DNA of 64,000 nucleotides from IMGVR_UViG_3300041416_000287:1-64000, one strand, 5' to 3'; positions 48,816 to 59,179 are shown, counted from the stretch's first letter. Notes: generated by a model from the sequence alone, not told the origin. Numbers and translations: made by a program.

Positions 48816-50210
48816 ATGGATAAGTCGAATAATAATCCGCGCATCCAGGCAACCACTATTGTATTTACCCCAACTTCCACGGCCATTACTGAAGGAACGA
48901 TTCCACCAAATACTCCCCACTTACGAATCCAGGTCCTTCCCAACCATAATGGCGAAAATATTGCTTCAATATCGGTGGCTTATTTTAATCCGGGGACTAC
49001 TCCACCACGACTAAGTGAGGAAATAACCGATGAAGTAACCTTCGAAACTATTACTTTCCACCTGAAGGGAGATTATCCTTCGTTAACTGGGAAAGCGGCT
49101 ACTTATATGCGATCTTTGGCGGCTGAAGAAGTATCTATTATTATGAAGGAGTATACGAAGTATATTACTGATGGTGTGATTCTCGATGGATTTATCGCCG
49201 GAATTGCTGCGTATATGGCACTATTACTTCTGAACGAGAATGGTGTCTTTACGAATAATATGCCATTCCAATTCAACGTTCTGCATACTGTACGAAGTGG
49301 GCTTATTTTAACCCGAAATATGTTCCGTTACTTATCCTTACCACTGATGGCACTATCTCGAGTTGCCAATGGGATGCTTTTGCAGTTAGTCTCTTTTGTG
49401 CAAAGTTTCATTAATATGTGGGAACCCATATTTCTTGATGGTCCTTTGATTGATGCTAATCATCAAGCTAGAATATCGGTTGAAATTATTGGTGGTCTAT
49501 CCCAACATGTTGCAGTATCACTGGCTCGAACTCAGGAATTGACCTTAACTTTATCAAAGCAAGTTTCAACCGCTGAAACTAGATTACAAAATTACATCGA
49601 TGAGTCTCTAAATCGAATGCGTCGAGAGATAAGTAATTTAATTATTGAGACACGAACCACTATCAAGAATATATCCTCTGAATTTGGTACCGTTGGTGAG
49701 ACTGTTAAAGCTGAAGTGTCATCGGCTGTTAAAACTGAATTACAAGGTCACATTCACAATTTAGTACAAAGCGAAATTAATGCTGGACAGACTCGTACGC
49801 TTGACATAGTTCAAGCAGTAACCGAAAGTCTGGTCCGTGAACTGGTTCAGCCCCAACCGACAATTAACGAAAATGAGATGCGAGCTTTACTTGATAAGTT
49901 AGAACAACGTATCGAGTTACTTTATAGTAAAATGCCTATAGAAGGTCTAGAAAGGATAGTAGATAATGAAAGCCAGGATGGATCATACAAACCCGGTACA
50001 ACCCAATTGGCGGTTGGGCCCAGCGAATCCGCGCATTCTACACACGGGATACAGCCCTCGACAAACATTGACTCTGGGCGACCTGATGCAAGGGAAAGTG
50101 TCAGTGACAGTCCCTGTAGATGTAACCCTACTCCCCCCAGCTCCGGCCAGGCAGCAGGTCATTCCGATTTGGTCCCCTGGAAACGGACTAGCTGGCGCCC
50201 CAATGTCTAA
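48816..50210 (+). CDS. hypothetical protein with coiled-coil region
   Basis: 464-aa ORF with TAAATG start. Confidence 0.65.
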   Translation: MDKSNNNPRIQATTIVFTPTSTAITEGTIPPNTPHLRIQVLPNHNGENIASISVAYFNPGTTPPRLSEEITDEVTFETITFHLKGDYPSLTGKAATYMRSLAAEEVSIIMKEYTKYITDGVILDGFIAGIAAYMALLLLNENGVFTNNMPFQFNVLHTVRSGLILTRNMFRYLSLPLMALSRVANGMLLQLVSFVQSFINMWEPIFLDGPLIDANHQARISVEIIGGLSQHVAVSLARTQELTLTLSKQVSTAETRLQNYIDESLNRMRREISNLIIETRTTIKNISSEFGTVGETVKAEVSSAVKTELQGHIHNLVQSEINAGQTRTLDIVQAVTESLVRELVQPQPTINENEMRALLDKLEQRIELLYSKMPIEGLERIVDNESQDGSYKPGTTQLAVGPSESAHSTHGIQPSTNIDSGRPDARESVSDSPCRCNPTPPSSGQAAGHSDLVPWKRTSWRPNV

Positions 50211-50958
50211 GACATTCGTTCTTCCCTCGAGGGAACAGATTAATTCTCGGTATTCATTCAAATCGGCTTCATGGGTGGATTGTGGAACTTACTGGCAAAA
50301 TATGGCCCCTCAAGGGAGTGATGAATGGATTAAGGAACGATTTGGACGACTTACCGCTTCTAATTTTGGGGCAGCGGCTGGCCACAGCACACACTGTAGT
50401 ATGATCGACTTAGCCATGGATATTACTGGAGTCAAGGCCAAATCATTCCCTGAGCGTGGTAAATTGTGTAAAGGGCATGGAACCGTCACCGAGCCCGAAG
50501 CTCGAGACTGGTATTGCCACACTCGGGGCGTTGAGGTAGTCGAAGTTGGATTGGCTGTTCCGAAATGGGAGCCCAGAATTGGATCTTCCCTAGATGGGAG
50601 AGTAATTGGGACCAAGGGCGTGATTGAAATCAAGAGCCCTCTCGCAATGTATGAGAATTTGGATAATCACATAGCCAAGATTAAAGCAGGCTGGCGTCCG
50701 CCTCCACTCTACCATGACCATATTTATGATACTCACTATGATCAGATGCAAGGTGGGATGAAAATTACGGGTAACGATTGGTGTGATTATATTGTTTATG
50801 CGACTCAGAGCAATCGAGTCTACGTGGATCGAGTTCCTTTCAATCCCAAATATTGGGAGGAAACATTATGGCCCAAAATCAGCACCTTTTTGGATGATTA
50901 CATGGAACCACTCATTGCTGATGGGATGCAAAGTCATCTCTTCATGATGCCTCAATAA
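50203..50958 (+). CDS. YqaJ-like (lambda exonuclease family) viral recombinase/nuclease
   Basis: QGSDEW...RLTASNF, GTVTEP, SSLDG, IEIKSP, YDQMQGGM, WCDYIV. ATG 50203 overlaps the upstream stop; the frame is open from 49966. Confidence 0.9.
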   Translation: MSKTFVLPSREQINSRYSFKSASWVDCGTYWQNMAPQGSDEWIKERFGRLTASNFGAAAGHSTHCSMIDLAMDITGVKAKSFPERGKLCKGHGTVTEPEARDWYCHTRGVEVVEVGLAVPKWEPRIGSSLDGRVIGTKGVIEIKSPLAMYENLDNHIAKIKAGWRPPPLYHDHIYDTHYDQMQGGMKITGNDWCDYIVYATQSNRVYVDRVPFNPKYWEETLWPKISTFLDDYMEPLIADGMQSHLFMMPQ

Positions 50959-50981
50959 TAATACATCGGGGATGTATTATT
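50957..50981. terminator. hairpin between convergent genes (11-bp stem)
   Basis: aataatacatc-ggg-gatgtattatt. Confidence 0.6.
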
Positions 50982-50985
50982 TATT

Positions 50986-52308
50986 TTAGATGTAATGCCG
51001 ACTGTTGCTTTCTACCGCTCGGGCCATATCAGCTGGGAGATCATCTCGCTCTATCAGCCGGGCAGTCGCCTGCCGTCCCAGATCACGAGTCTCTGGTTTA
51101 TAGTAAGCCACGATCGAGATTTCAAAGTCGAAATAGTAGGTATAACATGCCCGTTCGATGAACAGAGTATCTGTCTCCGGATATGGAATCTTGTTGCCCA
51201 TCATTGCGAACTTTAGGGCCATGTCATTCAATCCCAACAATCGATACATTCGGGTGCAATAATATAGAGACTCAGTTCGACTCTTGCGATAAGTATGGGC
51301 GGCTAAATAGTTTACGCTCGCCTCCGTGAAGTGTTTGTTAGATTCCTCAACTAAAATGCTTGGTCGTTTCAACTCAGGGTTCCATTTCTTCAAGAACTCA
51401 AGGTCCTCGGCTGATCTATCTGGCTTAGCGATAACTGCTACACAATGCTTCTTGCGCCAACCTAGTTGTTCATGGTTGTAACCGATTTGGAACTTAGCAT
51501 AATAAACCTCTTCAGGCCATCCCTTGTCAAGGATGCGCTTTCCGTACCAATCTATGGACTCCTCGAACCGAGTCATATCCTTGAGTGTCTGTGCCAAATA
51601 GAACTTATAGCGAGATTTCAAGTGAGCTGGAGTCTCTGGATCTGTTAACCCCCCGCGAAGGAGCCGTTCATCACGCTCGAACTTATCTCCCTTACAACCA
51701 CCATCTTCACGATCGTCAATGATGAGAGTAGTAATTTTAGCCGTCCGCACTTCACCCTGATATTCCGTCTGAGTCGACGATTCGTGCCAAAACTCATGCG
51801 TGACCCCGCTACAAACCCATTCGACCTTAGAACTGAGAAGACGAATATTCCAATAACTCAAGGCCTTATTGTATTGCTCGATGAGATACTTATGATCGAC
51901 GAGCAATGATTTGTCGAATTTATTCCCGATATCTACCTCCCAGACAAAGTCAGCATCTGACAGGAGATAGTAATCGGCCTCAGGATAGGCCTGCTTAGCC
52001 GCTCTCACACTGTGAGTACGATTGTGGGAGAAATTCTTGAATGGCTCATGGTGTACGGTGGTGGGAATATCATTTTGCTTACCCCACTCCATAATAACTT
52101 CCTCGGTGTTGTCAGTAGATCCAGTGTCGACAATGGAAACCATGTCGATCACTGATTTTACCGAGTCCAAAATTCGAGGCATATTCTTGGACTCATTCTT
52201 TACAATCATGCAAAGAGCAACCTTTTTCGGGCCGTGCTTTGCAGCTTGTTTCTTACGTAAACGATCTTGAAGCTGGGCTCTCGATTGCTGTCTATTTCGT
52301 CCGCTCAT
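50986..52308 (-). CDS. GT2-family glycosyltransferase with TPR-like C-terminus
   Basis: LCMIVKNE, IVDTGSTDNT, NFSHNR, LLSDAD, GVTHE, FYLAQT. Confidence 0.88.
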   Translation of the reverse strand: MSGRNRQQSRAQLQDRLRKKQAAKHGPKKVALCMIVKNESKNMPRILDSVKSVIDMVSIVDTGSTDNTEEVIMEWGKQNDIPTTVHHEPFKNFSHNRTHSVRAAKQAYPEADYYLLSDADFVWEVDIGNKFDKSLLVDHKYLIEQYNKALSYWNIRLLSSKVEWVCSGVTHEFWHESSTQTEYQGEVRTAKITTLIIDDREDGGCKGDKFERDERLLRGGLTDPETPAHLKSRYKFYLAQTLKDMTRFEESIDWYGKRILDKGWPEEVYYAKFQIGYNHEQLGWRKKHCVAVIAKPDRSAEDLEFLKKWNPELKRPSILVEESNKHFTEASVNYLAAHTYRKSRTESLYYCTRMYRLLGLNDMALKFAMMGNKIPYPETDTLFIERACYTYYFDFEISIVAYYKPETRDLGRQATARLIERDDLPADMARAVESNSRHYI

Positions 52309-52349
52309 GTTTAGTACCATGACTACAGTGTTTAAGCACTCAGATAGAA

Positions 52350-52931
52350 TTAACGAGATGATCCGGACATTACCGTATATACGCAATACATCGACAAAAT
52401 TCCTGCCAGCACCTCAGTTGTTGGATAAATACTGCCCCCTAAGGAACCATGATATGGCCCCATAAATTTCTTCACTTCATCTAATTCACACTTCAATGAT
52501 TGAGCGATTCTCTTAATCTGGGCATCGGTTTCAATCTTTATAATATGGTGAAAGACTACCTCAAAGAACTCAGCATAATTTTCATACTTTGTGACCATAA
52601 CTTCAATAAATGCTTCACTCGGATTCTCTCGTCCCCAGATATGCAGAAACAGAATAGCACTCGAAATAGTATGTCGAACATCATCAAAATATTTATCAAC
52701 ACTATTGACCCATAATTGAACCTTTACATCGGATGATAGCGGTAAATCCAATTCGGCGAACCTTTCTGGATACTTAGTTTTCGATTTTACTTCATGGAAG
52801 AAGTCTGGAACCAACATTGAAGCTAAGTCTTTTATCCCAAATAGAAGTATGCGTCCGTGATACACAGGATAATCGTCAGTGCTAGTTTGGATGCGAGTGA
52901 TATAGTTGCTCTGAAGTCTATCAGTCGACAT
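52350..52931 (-). CDS. hypothetical protein, possibly a very degenerate Ras-like fold
   Basis: RILLFG ... VKVQLWVN ... SSAILFLHI has the Ras strand order but no P-loop lysine. Confidence 0.5.
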   Translation of the reverse strand: MSTDRLQSNYITRIQTSTDDYPVYHGRILLFGIKDLASMLVPDFFHEVKSKTKYPERFAELDLPLSSDVKVQLWVNSVDKYFDDVRHTISSAILFLHIWGRENPSEAFIEVMVTKYENYAEFFEVVFHHIIKIETDAQIKRIAQSLKCELDEVKKFMGPYHGSLGGSIYPTTEVLAGILSMYCVYTVMSGSSR

Positions 52932-53036
52932 GAAAATTTTTCCGCTCTTTTCAGTAGCAATATCATTATTTAGACACCAGTGCATTATATAGTAATCGAA
53001 TGAAATTTCGCAAAAGTCGTTCAGGTGAAAAGTAAG

Positions 53037-54530
53037 ATGGCAGATGTTCGGCATCTAAGTATTAAAGCAATAGTTACTAATCCGGTAGATACCATGTCAA
53101 GAGGACTCCCCCAGAAATTGGGATCTTTACAGCCTAGTGACTGCTCAAGTATTATCGAGCCACCGACGTTATCATTACCGATTGCCCCTATAGCCCCCAT
53201 AGTTCCAATAGGAGTAAAGGGAAACAACGATTTCGTGAATAATTCCGATCGGTCCGTCACTGATGATCACAACTTATTTGGTGACATCGGATACTCATTT
53301 ATCATTTCCGACCAATTATTAGGTCATGGGTCGTATGGTGATGTCTTCCTTGCGACCGATGAACACGGAAAGGAGGTTGCTGTTAAATGCTGCCCCATTA
53401 ACGAGAATGGAATTCCTAATATCTTAGAGGCTAGTATTATGGCCAGCATGTCCCACCCTTATTTAAATAGGGCCTTGCGAATTCAGGCTTCTGATACTAA
53501 ATTGTATATTATCCAGGAACGAGCCGTCATTGATTTGGCTCGGTATACTCGCCGCAATGATGGTAATCACAAGCCAAGTCAAGATGAGCTTAGACATTGG
53601 TGTTATTGCTTAACCCAAGGAGTAGCGGCCCTACATAGTGAGGATATTGTTCATGCCGATATTAAGGCCAGTAATGTCCTTCTATACTCGGATGGAATTA
53701 TTCGCCTTACTGATTATACGTTAGCCACCAAGAAATGGTCGCCGGGAGAGAAATTCACTCATAATGTTTGTACTTGTACCCATCGACCTCTTGAGTGTTT
53801 AATGAGAAGATCTTGGGATCAATCCCTAGATATTTGGTCATTAGGGTGTACATTCTATGAACTTGCCTATGGAGAGCTACTCTTTCCTTATCAGGGAGTT
53901 CTGGAGAAAGATGACCGGGAGGGGAAGCCAACTGATAAACAGACCGAGAAGGATGCTAAACTTCAAGCTAAGAGGCGACTTCGAGAACGATCCATAAATG
54001 CCATTATCGATTGGGCGAATCGAGGCCCCAATCCGCCAACTTCTTATGAAGTTATTGGTACGGGACAATTTCCAATTGACTATGTACCATTCGTATTATG
54101 CTCTGACTTTGAGAAACCCGAGATGCAAGTCTTTAACGACCTCATCTGTAAGATGATGGACGTGGATCCGGCTCGTCGTTTGACTATTGATCAAGTCATT
54201 GTCCATCCGTTCTTCCAAGGAATGAAATCACCTATTTATCTTTCGGTCCGACGTCCCATTAATAAGATTTCAGTCACCGAACAGGCTCGAGTGAGTCGAT
54301 ATATTCAACGATACAATAATAATGAAATCGTCCAGAGCCTGGCCATGAATATGTACTGTCGGTGTAATGACTTGAGCTCACTGAGTGAACATATCCGGGC
54401 GGCGGTCTGCACTTGGATTGCTTGTAAGGTAGTATTAGGATATCCTCCAAGTATAACCTTATCCCCGAATCAAATACTGGCTGGAGAAAGAGAAGTATGT
54501 CATAACTTATTATTCCGTCTGCATTCATAG
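53037..54530 (+). CDS. Ser/Thr protein kinase (CDK-like) with C-terminal cyclin-box-like helices
   Basis: LGHGSYGDV, VAVK, HADIKASN, DYT (DFG position), HRPLE, DIWSLG; tail RAAVCTWIACKV. Confidence 0.88.
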   Translation: MADVRHLSIKAIVTNPVDTMSRGLPQKLGSLQPSDCSSIIEPPTLSLPIAPIAPIVPIGVKGNNDFVNNSDRSVTDDHNLFGDIGYSFIISDQLLGHGSYGDVFLATDEHGKEVAVKCCPINENGIPNILEASIMASMSHPYLNRALRIQASDTKLYIIQERAVIDLARYTRRNDGNHKPSQDELRHWCYCLTQGVAALHSEDIVHADIKASNVLLYSDGIIRLTDYTLATKKWSPGEKFTHNVCTCTHRPLECLMRRSWDQSLDIWSLGCTFYELAYGELLFPYQGVLEKDDREGKPTDKQTEKDAKLQAKRRLRERSINAIIDWANRGPNPPTSYEVIGTGQFPIDYVPFVLCSDFEKPEMQVFNDLICKMMDVDPARRLTIDQVIVHPFFQGMKSPIYLSVRRPINKISVTEQARVSRYIQRYNNNEIVQSLAMNMYCRCNDLSSLSEHIRAAVCTWIACKVVLGYPPSITLSPNQILAGEREVCHNLLFRLHS

Positions 54531-54562
54531 AATTTATACCTCGATTGAGGTACAAAGCTTTT

Positions 54563-55084
54563 TTATGTATGGTCTTCAATGGGCTCATCGTGCACCACGC
54601 TGTTTATGGAGGCTGCTGAAGCATCAATGTTTTCTCGAGGTTCGATGATCGCTAAGGCCAACGAAGTCTTAGCGACTGGTTCATTGTACAAGCAATACAG
54701 ACAGTAGCCATCTCGAATTGGCCCATTGAGGCAACGATATCCTTCATCCGGTCCAGAAGTCATCATGACGTTGCATCGCCCCTGATTGCGGCTTGCTTGA
54801 TGTCCTCTTTGTACACACCAATAGCAGAAGCCATCTGTATTGATGACCGAATTTGTGCAAGGGATCAGATATTCGTAGTATTTACTACGATCTTGCTGCC
54901 TCCCTCGACAAATTCGATCTCCTACGTCAGTAAGTGGATATGCTGGTCGCTGATAGAATGCGGTCAGATGGTGATCACAATAGCCCTCAGGACCAGGCTT
55001 TGTACTGATGCACTTCATGCAACGCTGGCCACGACGTTCTCCACGTCGATACGTATAGATGCACCCAGTCTCCGGCGTAGCCAT
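54563..55084 (-). CDS. multi-Cys Zn-ribbon repeat protein, paralog 1
   Basis: Three C-x9..12-C...GYC/GFC-xx-C/H units; YNEPVAK. Confidence 0.7.
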   Translation of the reverse strand: MATPETGCIYTYRRGERRGQRCMKCISTKPGPEGYCDHHLTAFYQRPAYPLTDVGDRICRGRQQDRSKYYEYLIPCTNSVINTDGFCYWCVQRGHQASRNQGRCNVMMTSGPDEGYRCLNGPIRDGYCLYCLYNEPVAKTSLALAIIEPRENIDASAASINSVVHDEPIEDHT

Positions 55085-55204
55085 GTATATGGATTGGCCT
55101 TCTTAACTTGGTGACTAATATATTGATCAATTGTAATTATCATCATGTCATCTATAGGCATAATAGTACCTGAATCCAACGTGCATGGTGGTATGCACGT
55201 TTTT

Positions 55205-55720
55205 TTAATCGATATAGTTCTTGTCCGAGCAAGGACCGGCGATTTCGAGGAAACGCTTGTCCACATTGGTAGCTTCCTCCGTGGAGGGAGTCTGTGATCG
55301 GATCTTGGCGACCGGTTCGTTGTAGAAGCAATGGAGACAATAACCATCGCAAACTGCCGTCGCCAAGCAGCGCATACCTTCATCTTTACCAGAAGTCATG
55401 ATAGCTTGGCAACGGTCCTTATTGGTCTCTGCTTGGTGTCCATCTTTGATGCAATATTCGCAAAACCCGTCCGGGCTATTAACTGGCCACTCGCAAGTAA
55501 TTGGCAGCCCGCGAGCATGATCGAAGCGCATACCCAAACACCGTCGATTGTCGAACATAGTGCGTGGATACAACTGGCGAAGATTCACCTTGCATCGACA
55601 CTGATTGCAATACCCCTGAAGTCCAGGCTCCTTATCAACAGGTTTGCCGCAAGGCATGCCTTTCTTCTCACCACGTTGGAATACGTAGATGCACTGAGTC
55701 ACTTCTGATGGCGTAGACAT
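55205..55720 (-). CDS. multi-Cys Zn-ribbon repeat protein, paralog 2
   Basis: Same three-unit layout; GHQA, MTSG.DEG.RCL and YNEPVAK shared with paralog 1. Confidence 0.7.
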   Translation of the reverse strand: MSTPSEVTQCIYVFQRGEKKGMPCGKPVDKEPGLQGYCNQCRCKVNLRQLYPRTMFDNRRCLGMRFDHARGLPITCEWPVNSPDGFCEYCIKDGHQAETNKDRCQAIMTSGKDEGMRCLATAVCDGYCLHCFYNEPVAKIRSQTPSTEEATNVDKRFLEIAGPCSDKNYID

Positions 55721-55862
55721 ATTACAGGAGGATTAGCCTTAATGATTTGAGTGACGATTTATCGATCAGATTTACAAACTAACATACTAATTAAAGCCAT
55801 GATGATGCCGGATTTAACATGTATAGTGCTATGCACGTTTTTTAGAGTTCTTACTCAAGCAA

Positions 55863-58187
55863 TCACATCAGAGGAGACAGGCCCTTCCATTGAGCTGGAG
55901 ATCGCGGGCCTTGCTGGGGAACCTGAGGAACTGGAGCAACAGGGATGACTTCCACTTGCTGTTGGGGAGCGCGTGGAGCTGCTCGCCGACCAACCATAGT
56001 TAGTGGTGTTGCTCCAGTTAGCACCGGACCTTGCGGTCGCTGAATTAGAGTCGGAGGAACACGTTGAGGAACTGCTTGTGGTAACGGAGTCACGCGCTGT
56101 GGTGCTTGTGGTAATGGGGTCACTCGCTGAGGTGGCGGTCGCTGAATCACTTCTTCACCACCACGAGCCGGCGGTTGGCGCTGAATTGCAGCTGTTGGAG
56201 GTGGTCGCTGGACCACTTCTTGACCACCACGAGCTGGCGGGGGACGTTGGACCACAGTCTCGCCAGTCTCTCTTCCACCACCCCTGCCTCCTCGCCCACC
56301 CCGCTCGCCTCTACCTCGTTCGCCGCGACCGCGGCCTCTTCCACGTCCGGGAGATCGAGGGGCACCACGACCAGGAGTAGTTGTCGGAACAAAAGCTGCC
56401 CCTGTTCGGGCAGTTGTCGGAGCCTCACGCCCTCTTCCCCTTCCACGTCCTCGTTCCGCTCTTGTTGCCTGACGAGCGATGAAGTCAGCCTGACGTTGCT
56501 TGTCGAACTGATAGGTAGCTAGAAGCTCAGCCTCCTCTGGCGTCCGGATGAAGATCTGCTCCTCAGCCGACAACCATAACATCGCACGCTCGGGGGTGAA
56601 TACGATCTGAGCCACTGCTTCCAAAATCCGCTCTCGATCGATCATTGGAATAATGGGAACTCCCTGCGCTTGGCCTGGTTTCGTCTCGGTCTTGCCATCC
56701 AGCTCGACAATGAAGTTATCCGGTAGAAGATCTCGAATGATACTGTTGTATGAGAACAACTGCTGCAGTTCGAGGGGAATGAGATCTCGCGATTTCAGTG
56801 GCAACACGGCCACTAGCTGATGCAAGGCCGTGAACTGGATCATCCCTTCATAGGCCTCAAAGCCGGTGATCGGATATTCAGGACCAACTCGCTGCATCAC
56901 CGCCGCGAGATCGGCCAGCATCGGAGTGTGATAATAAGGGTAGGCCCAATCGTGATCAATCGCATCAGTTCCCTCCCGATAATATAGGTAGGTCCAGGAC
57001 ATCGTTCGCATGTAGGCCACCGACATGTCCTCAATATTCTCTGGCCTTACTTGACTAATCGGGAATCCGATGAGTTGTTGCAATGTATTCGTGAAATCTT
57101 GTGGCCCCTTGGGTCCGAGCGCATTTTGATACCACACCGATCGGAAAACGTTCGGATAGAATTGTCCCTCGCGCAGAGCGGCTTGAAGGAAGCGAGAGGG
57201 ATAGGTCACATGTTTTGTTGTGAGTGCCGCCAGCCACTCATTCTCGCGACCAGCCACTGCCTCAACAAAGCGCTTCATCTGATCCCAGTTGATCTCATGT
57301 CTCCCATCGGCATCCGTCTGGGTGAGCACATAATCACCATCCTGATAGATTTGTAAGATTCCCGAGATCGACTCAGCCATCTCCTCGAGAGCCGGCATGT
57401 GTGGTAAGAAGTCATTGCCTAATAAATACATCATCACCACAAAGTCATCGATAGCTGATGGGCGCTTGGCTCGAGTTGTGAGATAATCCTTGATCTTATC
57501 GATACTCACCGTTTCCTTCACGCTCTCCCGCGACAAGAAGATATTGTCGATAGGAGCCAACAGCGACAGCATGATGAGATCGGCATCGAGTCCATAGAGA
57601 ACATGGGAGGCACCTTGTTTAGCGGCCGGACCATCAGAGGCTTGTCCACTTCGATAGTAATCCATAATCTTGTGCTCACCTTCCCCAGGGACGAGATGAG
57701 AACTATAGATCACCTTCGGAGGGAGTTCATTTCGATGCTTACCGATGAAGCGCAGCATGAAATTGTCCAAATGCATCATGAATTCCGTTCCTGGAGTAAT
57801 GGCATTCTTATCGAAACTCTCAATGGGAGATTTCTCCTTAGCTGCTTTCTCGCGACGTCCCTTTTGTTGCTGAAGCTTGGCGCCAGGTGCCACACCATCA
57901 AAGGCAAAAATCACACAATCACGTGGGTTAATCGCCCGTATCATGCGCAGCAGAATAGCTTCGATCTCATTATTAATCTCCAATTCAATTTGCCCCGGAT
58001 CGGTATTTGCAATTGCTTGTAAGATACGAGGGTCGGTTACGCCCTCGCCGAGTGCAGTCTTGCGCGCGTCGTGAGCAACTCCATTCATGTCGAACGATGC
58101 TGAAGCAACGAAGACCGGCAGGCCTTGGAATATCGCCTCGATCACTTCCTTAGATAACCAACGTCCATAAAGCCCCGGAATCCCCAT
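55863..58187 (-). CDS. xrn1: XRN-family 5'-3' exoribonuclease with RGG/Pro-Gln-rich tail
   Basis: MGIP, DMNG, AFDGVAPGAKLQQQKGRR, AITPGTEFM, PGEGEHKI, GLDADLIML, GNDFLPH, WAYPYYHTP. Confidence 0.95.
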   Translation of the reverse strand: MGIPGLYGRWLSKEVIEAIFQGLPVFVASASFDMNGVAHDARKTALGEGVTDPRILQAIANTDPGQIELEINNEIEAILLRMIRAINPRDCVIFAFDGVAPGAKLQQQKGRREKAAKEKSPIESFDKNAITPGTEFMMHLDNFMLRFIGKHRNELPPKVIYSSHLVPGEGEHKIMDYYRSGQASDGPAAKQGASHVLYGLDADLIMLSLLAPIDNIFLSRESVKETVSIDKIKDYLTTRAKRPSAIDDFVVMMYLLGNDFLPHMPALEEMAESISGILQIYQDGDYVLTQTDADGRHEINWDQMKRFVEAVAGRENEWLAALTTKHVTYPSRFLQAALREGQFYPNVFRSVWYQNALGPKGPQDFTNTLQQLIGFPISQVRPENIEDMSVAYMRTMSWTYLYYREGTDAIDHDWAYPYYHTPMLADLAAVMQRVGPEYPITGFEAYEGMIQFTALHQLVAVLPLKSRDLIPLELQQLFSYNSIIRDLLPDNFIVELDGKTETKPGQAQGVPIIPMIDRERILEAVAQIVFTPERAMLWLSAEEQIFIRTPEEAELLATYQFDKQRQADFIARQATRAERGRGRGRGREAPTTARTGAAFVPTTTPGRGAPRSPGRGRGRGRGERGRGERGGRGGRGGGRETGETVVQRPPPARGGQEVVQRPPPTAAIQRQPPARGGEEVIQRPPPQRVTPLPQAPQRVTPLPQAVPQRVPPTLIQRPQGPVLTGATPLTMVGRRAAPRAPQQQVEVIPVAPVPQVPQQGPRSPAQWKGLSPLM

Positions 58188-58355
58188 AAGTATGAGACTA
58201 TTTTAGAGACCAGGAAGATTGTGGTGACGTGTTGGATCAATAATACTGTTTATATGCTGAGTACCGAGCTCACTAGTTATCTAATTCAACATCATTCTTT
58301 AGTAATGATGTTAGTCCCTTCCCTTATTTAGGGGGAATGTTAAGTGACTGTTAAA

Positions 58356-59144
58356 TTACTGAGCAACCGCCCCTGAATAGGCCGCTACGGCCTGCTGATA
58401 ACCTGGCACTTGAGCGGCCGCTTGTTGGTTAAGTCGCTGTAATACGGACTGTTGCTCTAGTCGAACGGTGCGCTGATAATTAGCTTGCTCCTGTATGCGT
58501 TGTCGGAATCCTCGTTGCTGAACAGTATGAATTTCAGCCAATTGTTCCTCTCGCTTCAATTGGTTCCGGTATCCAATAATGAAGTAAGTAATAACTCCAA
58601 TAACCAGGATTCCCGCGGCCCCGATGGAGATAGAGGCGGCAATAATAGCATCAATATAGGCGGTGTTTAGGTTATCATTTGAACGATCAAAGTTAGGACT
58701 TGCCGCCATTGAAGAAGCTGCGATAGCCGACAATACTCCAGTAATACTCACCAGAATTAGGGCAAAGATAAGGAATCCGATAGTTAACCAGGAAATGCCG
58801 CTGGTTACTAACGACTGACCCTCGGGAGACTGCCCATAGCGCCCCGCTTGTGATAAGAAAGATTCTCCCTCGACTCCCTCTGCAGCCACTCCGGCTTCTC
58901 CTACACCGGAACCGAACAGAGCCACGACTCCAATAATGGAGAGAATCACCAGAATAATAAATATCGCAATCAAGGCCCAAGTTGTAAAAGCGGCCCAGAA
59001 TGTGAACCAGTAAGCTTGATGTAAATCAACATCAGTATTCCGGAAGGCTGTTAAATTGACAGAACTTGCGGTTACATACCCGCCGGCAACCACCCATACG
59101 ATTATCAAAATAAATCCAAACACGAAATTGGTGAAGGAACTCAT
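58356..59144 (-). CDS. 4-TM membrane protein with Gln-rich tail
   Basis: Four hydrophobic segments and a C-terminal Q-rich helix. Confidence 0.7.
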   Translation of the reverse strand: MSSFTNFVFGFILIIVWVVAGGYVTASSVNLTAFRNTDVDLHQAYWFTFWAAFTTWALIAIFIILVILSIIGVVALFGSGVGEAGVAAEGVEGESFLSQAGRYGQSPEGQSLVTSGISWLTIGFLIFALILVSITGVLSAIAASSMAASPNFDRSNDNLNTAYIDAIIAASISIGAAGILVIGVITYFIIGYRNQLKREEQLAEIHTVQQRGFRQRIQEQANYQRTVRLEQQSVLQRLNQQAAAQVPGYQQAVAAYSGAVAQ

Positions 59145-59179
59145 TTTCCAACATCATTAAAATAGTTCGGCGAGTTATA

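Noticed and set aside
56003-58074. Alternate ORFs inside XRN
   Set aside because: Shadows of the low-complexity tail and the GC-rich coding sequence.
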